From contig CAZKLE010000002.1 of NCBI GenBank assembly GCA_964553415.1, positions 1-38,408 on the forward strand: 38,408 nt of DNA, read 5' to 3'. Shown here piece after piece: positions 9,170 to 17,025 of this stretch. The notes under the pieces are model-generated. The model saw only the letters and a list, made by a program, of their open reading frames with translations. It did not search any database and was not told the origin of the DNA. Source of the stretch: an uncultured Myxococcales bacterium (GTDB lineage Bacteria; Desulfobacterota; Binatia; UBA1149; JAJCZL01). The stretch's first letter is position 1, and every line of letters starts with the position of its first letter. Both the position numbers and the translations under genes were made by a program.

Positions 9170-10516
9170 TCAGGACCCTCGCTCGTTGCCGGCGCACTCA
9201 TGGGCCGCAGCCTCGAGCAGAGTCAAGCGAATTCGACTGGCGCGAGCACCGCGGACGTCCAGGACCTCGGCCTGTGCACCCGGCAGATCCACTCGATCGC
9301 CGACATCGAGGATCCGTCCGAGCTTGGCGACGAGAAGCCCCGACAGCGTATCGACATCGTAGTCGCCCAGATGCAAGCCGAGTTCAGTCTCGACCAGCTC
9401 GATGGGAGCGCTTCCGAGAACGAGAAACTGACCCGACCCGGCGGGTACGATCTCGGCGGCGGTAGTGTCGAATTCTTCTTCCACCGACCCGACGATCGGC
9501 TCGAGAACGTTGTCGAGAGTGGCGATTCCCGCAACCGTACCGTACTCATCAACGACAAAAGCCAGGTGCTGATGCACCGCCTGCAAATACTTGAGAAGCC
9601 GACTCACGGGCATCGTTTCCGGCACATAGTGCGGACGGCGCATGACGCTTTTCAAGTCGCCGCCCTTGCCGGCCGCTAGAACCAGCAACTCCTTGAGGTG
9701 CACAACTCCCAAGACCTCATCTAGAGAACCGTCACACACGGGATAGCGCGTGTGTTGCTCCTGCTGTGCGATCCGGAGAGCCTCGCTCAGCGGCCGGCTG
9801 GCATCGAGCCACACGACGTCGCCACGTGGGATCATGACCCGCCGGCAGATCATGTCGTCGAACTTGAAGACCGCGTCGAGCAGTTCGTGTTCGGAATGAG
9901 TCAGTTCTCCGTGGACATGGGCCTGCGAAAGCAACGCTCGTAGTTCCTCCTCACTGTGCGGCTGGTCACCGTGCCCGGATCCGCCGGATGTCTCCACTCC
10001 GAAAAAGCGAACCAAAATCAACGTCGCGCCGTTGAGCACGACGAGGATGGGATAGAACACGACCGAGAACGCCCGCAAGAAAGGTGCGCACCAGATCGCG
10101 AGCATCTCGGGCTTGCGAATCGCAAAGGCCTTCGGCGTAAGCTCGCCTATTACCAGATGACCGGCCGTGATTACCGAAAAGCCGACGGTGAAGGACAAAG
10201 CGTGCAGAACCCGCTCCGAGACGATACCGAATGCCCGAACCACCGGCGCGAGCAACCCTGCAACGGCCGGCTCTCCGACCCACCCGAGGCCGATCGACGC
10301 AATCGTGATGCCGAGCTGGCAGGCCCCCAGCGAAGCGTCCAAATGTTCGGCCAGCGATTTGGCCATTGCGGCAAACGGACGCCCTTCGCGAGCCAGAACA
10401 TCGAGCCGGCTCGGGCGAACCTTGACCAGCGCAAACTCGGCGGCAACAAAAAAGCCGTTGACCGCCAGCAAGACGACAGCGACGGCGAGGTGCCAGAGAT
10501 CTACAAACGTTTCCAT
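9170..10516 (-). CDS. CNNM/HlyC/CorC family transporter (DUF21 - CBS pair - CorC_HlyC)
   Basis: The internal ATG at 10516 gives METFVDLWHLAVAVVLLAVNGFFVAAEFALVKVR, the DUF21 start. The CBS region is ICRRVMIPRGDVVWL...YPVCDGSLDEVLGVVHLKEL...LAFVVDEYGTVAGIATLDNVLE. The C-terminal transporter-associated domain is DGSGQFLVLGSAPIEL.... The upstream 52 codons of the track ORF look like junk. Confidence 0.92.
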   Translation of the reverse strand: METFVDLWHLAVAVVLLAVNGFFVAAEFALVKVRPSRLDVLAREGRPFAAMAKSLAEHLDASLGACQLGITIASIGLGWVGEPAVAGLLAPVVRAFGIVSERVLHALSFTVGFSVITAGHLVIGELTPKAFAIRKPEMLAIWCAPFLRAFSVVFYPILVVLNGATLILVRFFGVETSGGSGHGDQPHSEEELRALLSQAHVHGELTHSEHELLDAVFKFDDMICRRVMIPRGDVVWLDASRPLSEALRIAQQEQHTRYPVCDGSLDEVLGVVHLKELLVLAAGKGGDLKSVMRRPHYVPETMPVSRLLKYLQAVHQHLAFVVDEYGTVAGIATLDNVLEPIVGSVEEEFDTTAAEIVPAGSGQFLVLGSAPIELVETELGLHLGDYDVDTLSGLLVAKLGRILDVGDRVDLPGAQAEVLDVRGARASRIRLTLLEAAAHECAGNERGS

Positions 10517-10858
10517 ACAGCCGGGGTCGGCGGCGACCCCACGCTTTCCTGATGGCCACCATAGCAGAGACCGGACAGGAGAACGCAAACGCAGCCCCCG
10601 CAACCGCTTCCCGCGTTTGCGTGCCCGGGCCGGGCAGAATCCCGGCCCGAGTTGAAGCCATCCCGCAAACATGAGAAAAGTATTCTGTTAAGGGGGGGGA
10701 TCCCGTGCGGATCTGCGTCGGCTCCACCCCATCCGGCCACGGTGGCTTTTTCGACAAACAAGCGCTGCGCGCAGCTACGGGCGTGGTGGGGCCTCGCGGC
10801 GGGCAGCCGCTCTGCATCCAGCGATCCACGAAACAATAAGTACGCTATAGGAGATACG

Positions 10859-11371
10859 ATGGTGAAAACAGCACGGTTGATAGGTATTGGTGTCGCAATG
10901 AGCTTGCTGGCCGCCTGTTCGGCGGGGAGCGGGCCGTGCTCATGGTCGGGGGCTCCGGTTTGCGGGATGAAACAAGAGGTTCCGCCCCCGCCGCCGCCGA
11001 TGAAGAAGCAAGCCGCGCTTCCCGATCCTTGCGCAGGCAACATAACGCTTCCGAACGTCACATTTGCACTGAACAGTGCGGACATCGAAGCCGCTTCGGC
11101 GATCACCTTGGATCAGGTCGCCGACGCTCTTCATGGCTGTCCCGATCGCCACGTCCGCATCGAAGCGCACACCGATTCGACCGGCTCCGAAGGCTACAAT
11201 CAGGCTCTGTCCGAGCGCCGGGCCGCCTCGGTGCGCAGCTACCTGGTCGACCACGGCGTCGATGCCGATGCGCTGGAATCCAAAGGTTTCGGTGAGTCCG
11301 ATCCTGTTGCCGACAACGCAACCGAAGAAGGTCGCGCGCAGAACCGCCGCGTCGAATTGAACCGCATGTAA
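10859..11371 (+). CDS. OmpA-family (Pal-like) peptidoglycan-binding lipoprotein
   Basis: ATG 10859 is preceded by AGGAG. The signal peptide is MVKTARLIGIGVAMSLLAAC, followed by a Pro-rich linker. The OmpA_C block is VTFALNSADI...VRIEAHTDSTGSEGYNQALSERRAASVRSYL...GFGESDPVADNATEEGRAQNRRVEL. Confidence 0.9.
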   Translation: MVKTARLIGIGVAMSLLAACSAGSGPCSWSGAPVCGMKQEVPPPPPPMKKQAALPDPCAGNITLPNVTFALNSADIEAASAITLDQVADALHGCPDRHVRIEAHTDSTGSEGYNQALSERRAASVRSYLVDHGVDADALESKGFGESDPVADNATEEGRAQNRRVELNRM

Positions 11372-11395
11372 GCGGAGGTCCGCTTTGAGACGCAC

Positions 11396-11435
11396 GGGGG
11401 GTTGCACGCTGCGGAGTGTGCAGCCCCCCTTTTTT
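11396..11435 (+). terminator. Rho-independent terminator after the OmpA-like gene
   Basis: The stem is GGGGGGTTGCAC (11396-11407) paired with GTGCAGCCCCCC (11418-11429). It is 12 bp with one G-T wobble and a 10-nt loop, followed by TTTTTT (11430-11435). Confidence 0.8.
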
Positions 11436-11601
11436 GTACACGTGCGTCATATATCGGCGTTGCCCCGGCCGCCCATCAACGGCCATTCGGCCCCGCAGCT
11501 TCCTCGTCCACCGTTTCCTTGCCGACCGCGGCTCACGTATATTCGGTCCCGGCGTGCGCGCCGCCAACGACGAGGGTCGACGGCAGCGGCGGCGAAGCGG
11601 T

Positions 11602-12414
11602 GTGAGGTTTTCATCTCCCAAACTCATTGGAATCGTCAATCTGAATGACGACTCTTTTTTCGACGGCGGCAGCTTCGTTCGGCCGCAAGATGCAACGAGG
11701 CACGCGCTCGAACTGGCCGAGAATGGAGCCTATGCCATCGAACTCGGACCCGCCTCGAGCCATCCCGACGCTTCGCCGGTCGATGCGTCCACGGAGATCG
11801 CCCGGCTCGAGCCGGTGCTACGCAGCATCCGCGAGGCCGGTCTACGCGTGGGAGTCGATTCGTTTCAGCCCGAGACGCAGCGCTTCGCACTACGCAACGG
11901 CGTCTCCATTCTCAACGACACCGGAGGTTTCGCCAACCCCGACATCTACCCCGAACTTGCCGCCTCCGATTGCCTGCTGGTCATCATGCACTCGGTGCAA
12001 CGACGCGGCCAGGCAACGCGAACAACAACGGATGCCGAGGCCGTGCTGACCTCCATGTTCGACTTCTTCGAGACTCGCATCAGAGACTTGCAAGCCTCCG
12101 GCGTCGCACGAGAACGAATGATCGTGGATCCGGGCATGGGATTTTTTCTTGGCGAGGGCGCCGAAGCTTCGTTGCTCGTCCTCCGCAAATTGGACCGGCT
12201 GCGCGATGCGTTCGCCGTTCCGATCCTGGTATCGGTGTCGAATAAGTCCTTTCTCGGCACGCTCACCGGACGTGCTATCAAGGAGCGCGGCGCGGCAACC
12301 CTCGCAGCCGAACTCTACGCGATCGACAAAGGGGTGGAGTACATTCGTACCCACGACGTTGCCGCACTCACCGACGCTCTCGTCGTCCGCGACGCGCTGG
12401 GAGCAAACCGTTAG
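11602..12414 (+). CDS. folP: dihydropteroate synthase, Sul-type (Sul1/Sul2/Sul3-like clade)
   Basis: Pterin-binding DHPS blocks are present: IGIVNLNDDSFFDGG, ELGPASSHPDASPV, VDSFQPETQRFAL, ILNDTGGF, VDPGMGFFLG, LVSVSNKSFLG, AAELYAI and YIRTHDV. The track ORF starts at 11416 with 62 junk-like residues. The in-frame GTG at 11602 gives a 270-aa protein, about the size of Sul1. Confidence 0.93.
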   Translation: MRFSSPKLIGIVNLNDDSFFDGGSFVRPQDATRHALELAENGAYAIELGPASSHPDASPVDASTEIARLEPVLRSIREAGLRVGVDSFQPETQRFALRNGVSILNDTGGFANPDIYPELAASDCLLVIMHSVQRRGQATRTTTDAEAVLTSMFDFFETRIRDLQASGVARERMIVDPGMGFFLGEGAEASLLVLRKLDRLRDAFAVPILVSVSNKSFLGTLTGRAIKERGAATLAAELYAIDKGVEYIRTHDVAALTDALVVRDALGANR

Positions 12415-12496
12415 CCGCGATGCGCGGACCCGTGATCGCCACCGACAGCGGGCTGTGTTTCGGCGTCCGCGTAGCGGCCGAGGAGGACAACCCATC

Positions 12497-12919
12497 ATGA
12501 AGATCAACGGCATTGCCCACATCGTCTTGACCGTAGCCGATTTCGACGCTTGCCGGAGTTTTTATTCCCGGCTGCTTCCGTTCCTCGGCCTCACACCCGT
12601 CATCGATACCGACGTGTTCTATTATTGCGTGGGCGGCCGTACCGCCGTCGGTATCGAGCCGGTGACCCCCGAACAGAGAAACGAGCGCTTCGTGCAAGAA
12701 CGCAGCGGTTTGCATCATTTCTCCTTTCGCGCGCGCTCGCGGGACGATGTAGATACCCTGTACGCATTCCTGAAAGACACCGGGGCGACGATCATTCATC
12801 CTCCCGAGAACGGGCCATGGGCGCCGGGCTACTATTCGGTTCTGTTCGAAGATCCCGACGGTATCCGCCTGGAGATGAACTTCGTGCCGGGCAAGGGTCT
12901 TCTCGAGGAAATGTCTTAG
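12497..12919 (+). CDS. VOC family protein (glyoxalase / bleomycin-resistance / extradiol dioxygenase fold)
   Basis: ATG 12497 lies 10 nt after AGGAGG (12481-86). MKINGIAHIVLTVADFDACRSFYSRLL...GLHHFSFRA...YYSVLFEDPDGIRLEM is a typical VOC beta-alpha-beta-beta-beta pair. The track ORF 12149..12919 extends it over the folP 3' end in another frame. Confidence 0.85.
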   Translation: MKINGIAHIVLTVADFDACRSFYSRLLPFLGLTPVIDTDVFYYCVGGRTAVGIEPVTPEQRNERFVQERSGLHHFSFRARSRDDVDTLYAFLKDTGATIIHPPENGPWAPGYYSVLFEDPDGIRLEMNFVPGKGLLEEMS

Positions 12920-12952
12920 TCGAGCCTAAGGGACTGCACGCGATTTCCCCGG

Positions 12953-14128
12953 TTGCAGGCGCTAGACTGGAGTTCCGTGAAGGTTCAGCGCAATCCGACC
13001 CGTGAGGTCCGCATCGGCACCCTACGCATCGGCAACGGCCATCCCATTGCCGTACAGAGCATGTGCGCAACCAGGACCGCCGATATCGAAGCGACCGTCG
13101 CTCAAATCGGCCGACTCGAAGCCGCGGACGCCGACGTCGTACGCATCGCCGTGGACAGCCGCCGTGAAGCCGATGCAGTGGCAACCATTCGCGAACGAAC
13201 CAGCGTGAATCTATGCGTCGACCTACAGGAGAACTACCGGCTTGCCGAGGTTGTAGGGCCCTACGTCGACAAACTACGCTACAACCCCGGGCATTTGTAT
13301 CATCACGAACGCGAAAAGCCTTGGCGGGATAAAGTCGCCTACCTCGCCGAGACGGCATCCCGAAACGACTGCGCCCTGCGCGTCGGCGTGAACTGCGGTT
13401 CGGTCGACCCGGAAACAGCCGGCAAATACGAGCCCGGCGACTCCGTATCGCCCATGCTCGAAAGCGCTCTTACCAACTGTGAACGACTCGACGAACTCGG
13501 CTTCGACCAATACTGTCTGTCCCTCAAGGATTCGGATCCGGCCAAGGTCGTCGAGATCAACCGGCGCTTCGCCGATCTCCGACCCGATGTACCGCTTCAT
13601 CTCGGCGTCACCGAGGCCGGCATGCCCCCCGAAGGCATTATAAAAACCCGCATCGCATTCGAGCAGCTGATCAGCCGCGGCATTGGAGATACCGTACGCG
13701 TATCCCTGACGGTCGCCAACGACCGCAAGGCGGAAGAGATCGAAGCCGGACGCGGCATCCTTGCCGACATCGCCGTCGGGCGCGTACGCAGCGTCGTCGA
13801 TTACGGCAGCAACACGCTCAACATCATTTCGTGCCCGAGCTGCTCGCGCGTAGAGAACGACGCCTTCGTCGAGTTGGCCGCAGAAGTAAAACGCATGTCT
13901 TCCTATGCAAAGAAATTCGCCATCACGATTGCCGTCATGGGCTGCCGCGTCAACGGACCGGGAGAAACCGACGACGCCGACCTCGGTTTGTGGTGTGCAC
14001 CGAACTTCGTAAATCTAAAACGCGGGAGGCAATCCCTGGGCGCATACCGCTACGATGAGATACTAGCTAGGCTACGAAACGAACTCGACGCACTGATCGC
14101 CGAACAGAAGAGAGCAACGCGGCCATGA
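12953..14128 (+). CDS. ispG: 4-hydroxy-3-methylbut-2-en-1-yl diphosphate synthase (flavodoxin)
   Basis: Matches include [42 protein letters not shown], and the Fe-S ligand motifs [10 protein letters not shown] and [10 protein letters not shown]. The start is TTG 12953 or GTG 12977; the latter has TGGAG upstream. Confidence 0.96.
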   Translation: MQALDWSSVKVQRNPTREVRIGTLRIGNGHPIAVQSMCATRTADIEATVAQIGRLEAADADVVRIAVDSRREADAVATIRERTSVNLCVDLQENYRLAEVVGPYVDKLRYNPGHLYHHEREKPWRDKVAYLAETASRNDCALRVGVNCGSVDPETAGKYEPGDSVSPMLESALTNCERLDELGFDQYCLSLKDSDPAKVVEINRRFADLRPDVPLHLGVTEAGMPPEGIIKTRIAFEQLISRGIGDTVRVSLTVANDRKAEEIEAGRGILADIAVGRVRSVVDYGSNTLNIISCPSCSRVENDAFVELAAEVKRMSSYAKKFAITIAVMGCRVNGPGETDDADLGLWCAPNFVNLKRGRQSLGAYRYDEILARLRNELDALIAEQKRATRP

Positions 14129-14754
14129 GCACCAAACTGGAATTCTTCTTCGACTGTTCAAGCCCCTGGACCTATTTGGCGTTTCACCGCATCGAAGAGA
14201 TCGCCGCGGAGGCGGGCGCAGACTTGATCTGGCGTCCGATCCTCGTAGGCGGGGTGTTCAACGCCGTCAATGGAAGCGTCTATGAGCAGCGCCGCAACCC
14301 GGTGATGCCGAAGTTCCGATACTACGTCAAAGACCTTCAGGACTGGGCCCGATCTTACGGACTGACGATCGGGCAACCGCCGGTATTTCCCGTGAACAGC
14401 GTAAAAGCCATGCGTGGATGTCTTGTCGCCGAAGAACACAACAAGTTGCCCGGCTACGTACGCGCAGTCTTTCGAAGCTATTGGGGAGATCTCGCCGACA
14501 TCTCACAGGACGAGGTCTTGCGAAGAATCGTCACAGCCATTGATCTAGACGCCGGGAACTTCTTCGCCAAGATCAACGAGGCAAGCTACAAACACCGGCT
14601 CCGCGCCAACACCGACGAGTTGATCGAACGCGGGGGCTTTGGTTCGCCGACGATATTCCTCGAAGACACCGACATGTATTTCGGCAACGACCGGCTCGTT
14701 CTGGTGCAAGAGGCACTCGCCGGCAAGAAGCGCGGTGGCCCACCGCCAGACTGA
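14125..14754 (+). CDS. 2-hydroxychromene-2-carboxylate isomerase / DsbA-family (kappa-GST-like) thioredoxin-fold protein
   Basis: 209 aa. It has the N-terminal [16 protein letters not shown] and C-terminal [22 protein letters not shown], both hallmarks of the HCCA isomerase/DsbA-like family. ATG 14125 overlaps the ispG stop (ATGA). Confidence 0.8.
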   Translation: MSTKLEFFFDCSSPWTYLAFHRIEEIAAEAGADLIWRPILVGGVFNAVNGSVYEQRRNPVMPKFRYYVKDLQDWARSYGLTIGQPPVFPVNSVKAMRGCLVAEEHNKLPGYVRAVFRSYWGDLADISQDEVLRRIVTAIDLDAGNFFAKINEASYKHRLRANTDELIERGGFGSPTIFLEDTDMYFGNDRLVLVQEALAGKKRGGPPPD

Positions 14755-14788
14755 GTACCCGCCGCCGCGGGCAGCACCGAAGCGGCAC

Positions 14789-15232
14789 TTACTCTTCGGC
14801 GCCGTCCCCGGAAGCAATCGCTTCGTAGTCGCAGCCCGGTTCGCACTCGGTGCTACAGGGAAGCCCGCGCGCCGCCCATCCCACACACACCACGACACCG
14901 CTCTTGTCGACTTCCCCGCCGTAGCCCCCTCGCATATCGACCAGCGAAGTGTAGCCCTCGCGGCTCAACAGCTCGGCCGCGCGCGCTGAACGTCCACCCG
15001 ATTTGCATCCGATGATCAGTTTGTCATCGGTCGCAAAGACCAATTGAACCACCTGTACGAACCGCTGGTTCGGCGTCATCCCGCGACCGGGTTCAAAGTG
15101 CATCAGCGGCACGTTGTACGCGCCGGGAACGTGCCCCTGTTCGAATTCCGGGACCGAACGGACGTCGACATAGCGCCAGCCGCCCTCGATAAGTTTCGCC
15201 GCCTCATCGGGCTCAATACGTCTTACAGCCAT
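14789..15232 (-). CDS. rhodanese-domain sulfurtransferase with Cys-rich C-terminal tail
   Basis: 147 aa. It has YVDVRSVPEFEQGHVPGAYNVP and the active-site loop IIGCKSGGRSARAAELL. The tail GVVVCVGWAARGLPCSTECEPGCDYE carries four further Cys. Confidence 0.85.
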   Translation of the reverse strand: MAVRRIEPDEAAKLIEGGWRYVDVRSVPEFEQGHVPGAYNVPLMHFEPGRGMTPNQRFVQVVQLVFATDDKLIIGCKSGGRSARAAELLSREGYTSLVDMRGGYGGEVDKSGVVVCVGWAARGLPCSTECEPGCDYEAIASGDGAEE

Positions 15233-15282
15233 GGCGGCAGTCTAATGCGACCCGCAACGCTTGGCAATCTACACCGTCGCCG

Positions 15283-16806
15283 CTAGCGCATGACCCCAAA
15301 CCAAAACGCGAAGAGCTTCCTCGCCGTGGGTGTAAGCTTCGTGCGCCGCCAAGCATCGGCCGCCTTCTTCATGACCTCGCCCTGGGTCGGATACGGATGG
15401 ATGGTTTTGCCTATCTTGGCCAAACCGATCCCGTTCGTGCACGCCAGGGCCAACTCGCCGAGCATGTCGCCGGCGTGTTGAGCCACCAGGGTCGCACCGA
15501 GAATGCGATCGCTGCCGCGCTTGAGGTGAATCCGTAAGAAGCCCTCGTCCTCACCATCGAGAATTGCACGATCGACCTCCGACAGCGGAATCGTAATGGT
15601 ATCGACCTCCAGACCGGCCTCGTCGGCGTCGCGCTCGTACATACCCACGTGGGCGATCTCGGGCGTCGTGTAGGTACACCACGGGATGACGAGAGCACTT
15701 GACTTGGCGCGGCCGAAGAACAGCGCGTTCTGGATCACGATGCGCGCCTGCGCATCGGCCGTGTGGGTGAATTTGAACTGCGAGGCGATGTCGCCGCAAG
15801 CGTAGATGCGCTTGTTGGTAGTCCTCAGCCGGTCATCGACGGTCACGCCGTGGCGGCCATACTCCACGCCGGCCACCTCGAGCCCGAGGTGCTCCGTGTT
15901 GGGTGCACGACCAACGCCAAGCAGGAGATGCTCGGCGCAGACCTCGAGGGTCTTGCCCTGGAGTTCGTAGGTCACGCACACCTCGCCGTCTTTTCGTCCG
16001 ACGTTTTTTATACTCGCGCCCGGTACGTAGCCAACACCGTCACGCAGCATCTGTTTTTGCACGACTTCAGCCGCGTCGGGATCTTCGCGTGGCAACACAT
16101 GATCACCGGCATCGAGTACGGTCACCTGCGCGCCGAAACTCGCAAACGACTGGGCCATTTCGCACCCGATCGGTCCTGCGCCGATGACGACCAGGCGCGG
16201 GGGCAGTTTGGTGAGAGAAAAGATCGTCTCGTTGGTCAAAAACCCGGATCCTTCCAGACCCGGGATGGGCAGAGCGATAGCTCGTGCTCCCGTGGCAACG
16301 ACGGCCCGGCGAAAGCGCAAGGATTGCCCGCCCACCTCGATACGATCGGCCGCGGCAAACGAGCCTTGGCCGAGAAATATGTCGACCCCGAGTTCCGTCA
16401 ACCGCTTCACGCTGTCGTTCGAGCTGATTCCCGCACGCAAGCGGCGCATTCTTTCCATCGCAGCCGCAAAATTTCCTCTTGCGGCGTCGTCCGGCAACCC
16501 GAAGGCGGCGCCGTTGGCGCGTGCATGCCACGCCCGTGCCGCGCTAATCACTCCTTTTGATGGGACGCAACCAACATTGAGACAATCGCCGCCCATCAAG
16601 TGCCTTTCGATCAAGGCCACCTTGGCGCCGAGACCGGCCGCACCGATGGCCGTGACCAAACCAGCGGTGCCGGCACCGACCACGACCAGATGATAGCGGG
16701 ACTTCGCCTCGGGGTTTTGCCAATCCGAGGGATGAACGTTGGCCACCAGTCGGCGGTTGAATTCATCCATGGGCTCCAGGCCCACTGCAGCGTCGGCTTT
16801 CGTCAT
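15283..16806 (-). CDS. class I FAD-dependent pyridine nucleotide-disulfide oxidoreductase (MerA/Lpd-like, not a true mercuric reductase)
   Basis: 507 aa. It has the FAD motif YHLVVVGAGTAGL, the redox disulfide GGDCLNVGCVPSK, the NAD(P) motif LVVIGAGPIGCEMAQ and the dimerisation-domain motif HPYPTQGE. It has no NmerA domain and no C-terminal Cys pair. Confidence 0.92.
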   Translation of the reverse strand: MTKADAAVGLEPMDEFNRRLVANVHPSDWQNPEAKSRYHLVVVGAGTAGLVTAIGAAGLGAKVALIERHLMGGDCLNVGCVPSKGVISAARAWHARANGAAFGLPDDAARGNFAAAMERMRRLRAGISSNDSVKRLTELGVDIFLGQGSFAAADRIEVGGQSLRFRRAVVATGARAIALPIPGLEGSGFLTNETIFSLTKLPPRLVVIGAGPIGCEMAQSFASFGAQVTVLDAGDHVLPREDPDAAEVVQKQMLRDGVGYVPGASIKNVGRKDGEVCVTYELQGKTLEVCAEHLLLGVGRAPNTEHLGLEVAGVEYGRHGVTVDDRLRTTNKRIYACGDIASQFKFTHTADAQARIVIQNALFFGRAKSSALVIPWCTYTTPEIAHVGMYERDADEAGLEVDTITIPLSEVDRAILDGEDEGFLRIHLKRGSDRILGATLVAQHAGDMLGELALACTNGIGLAKIGKTIHPYPTQGEVMKKAADAWRRTKLTPTARKLFAFWFGVMR

Positions 16807-17025
16807 GCTCGGTCTGCCTCCAATTTCCGGTGTGAGGGTGTCCCCGTCGATCTCTGACAGGCGCGTTCGATCGTCTAAGTGGGAGATCGCGTTGTCAACG
16901 CGCTACGGGTTCACACCGCTCTACGGTAAAGCGGGAGCCAGGTTACCGGACGGCTCCCCCACGGAGTCCGCCGGTGAGCGACCGCTGTAACATACGCCGG
17001 CGCCAGCGTATACGCAGTCGGGGTC

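Noticed and set aside
11416-11601. N-terminal 62-codon extension of the folP ORF
   Set aside because: The extension starts inside the terminator of the upstream gene, is Arg/Pro/Cys-rich and has no counterpart in DHPS proteins. The in-frame GTG at 11602 gives a Sul1-sized protein.
15283-16806. Possible mercuric reductase (merA)
   Set aside because: The redox CxxxxC and overall fold fit the MerA/Lpd superfamily. However, there is no N-terminal HMA (GMTCxxC) domain, no C-terminal vicinal Cys pair and no merR/T/P neighbours. I call it only a class I disulfide oxidoreductase.
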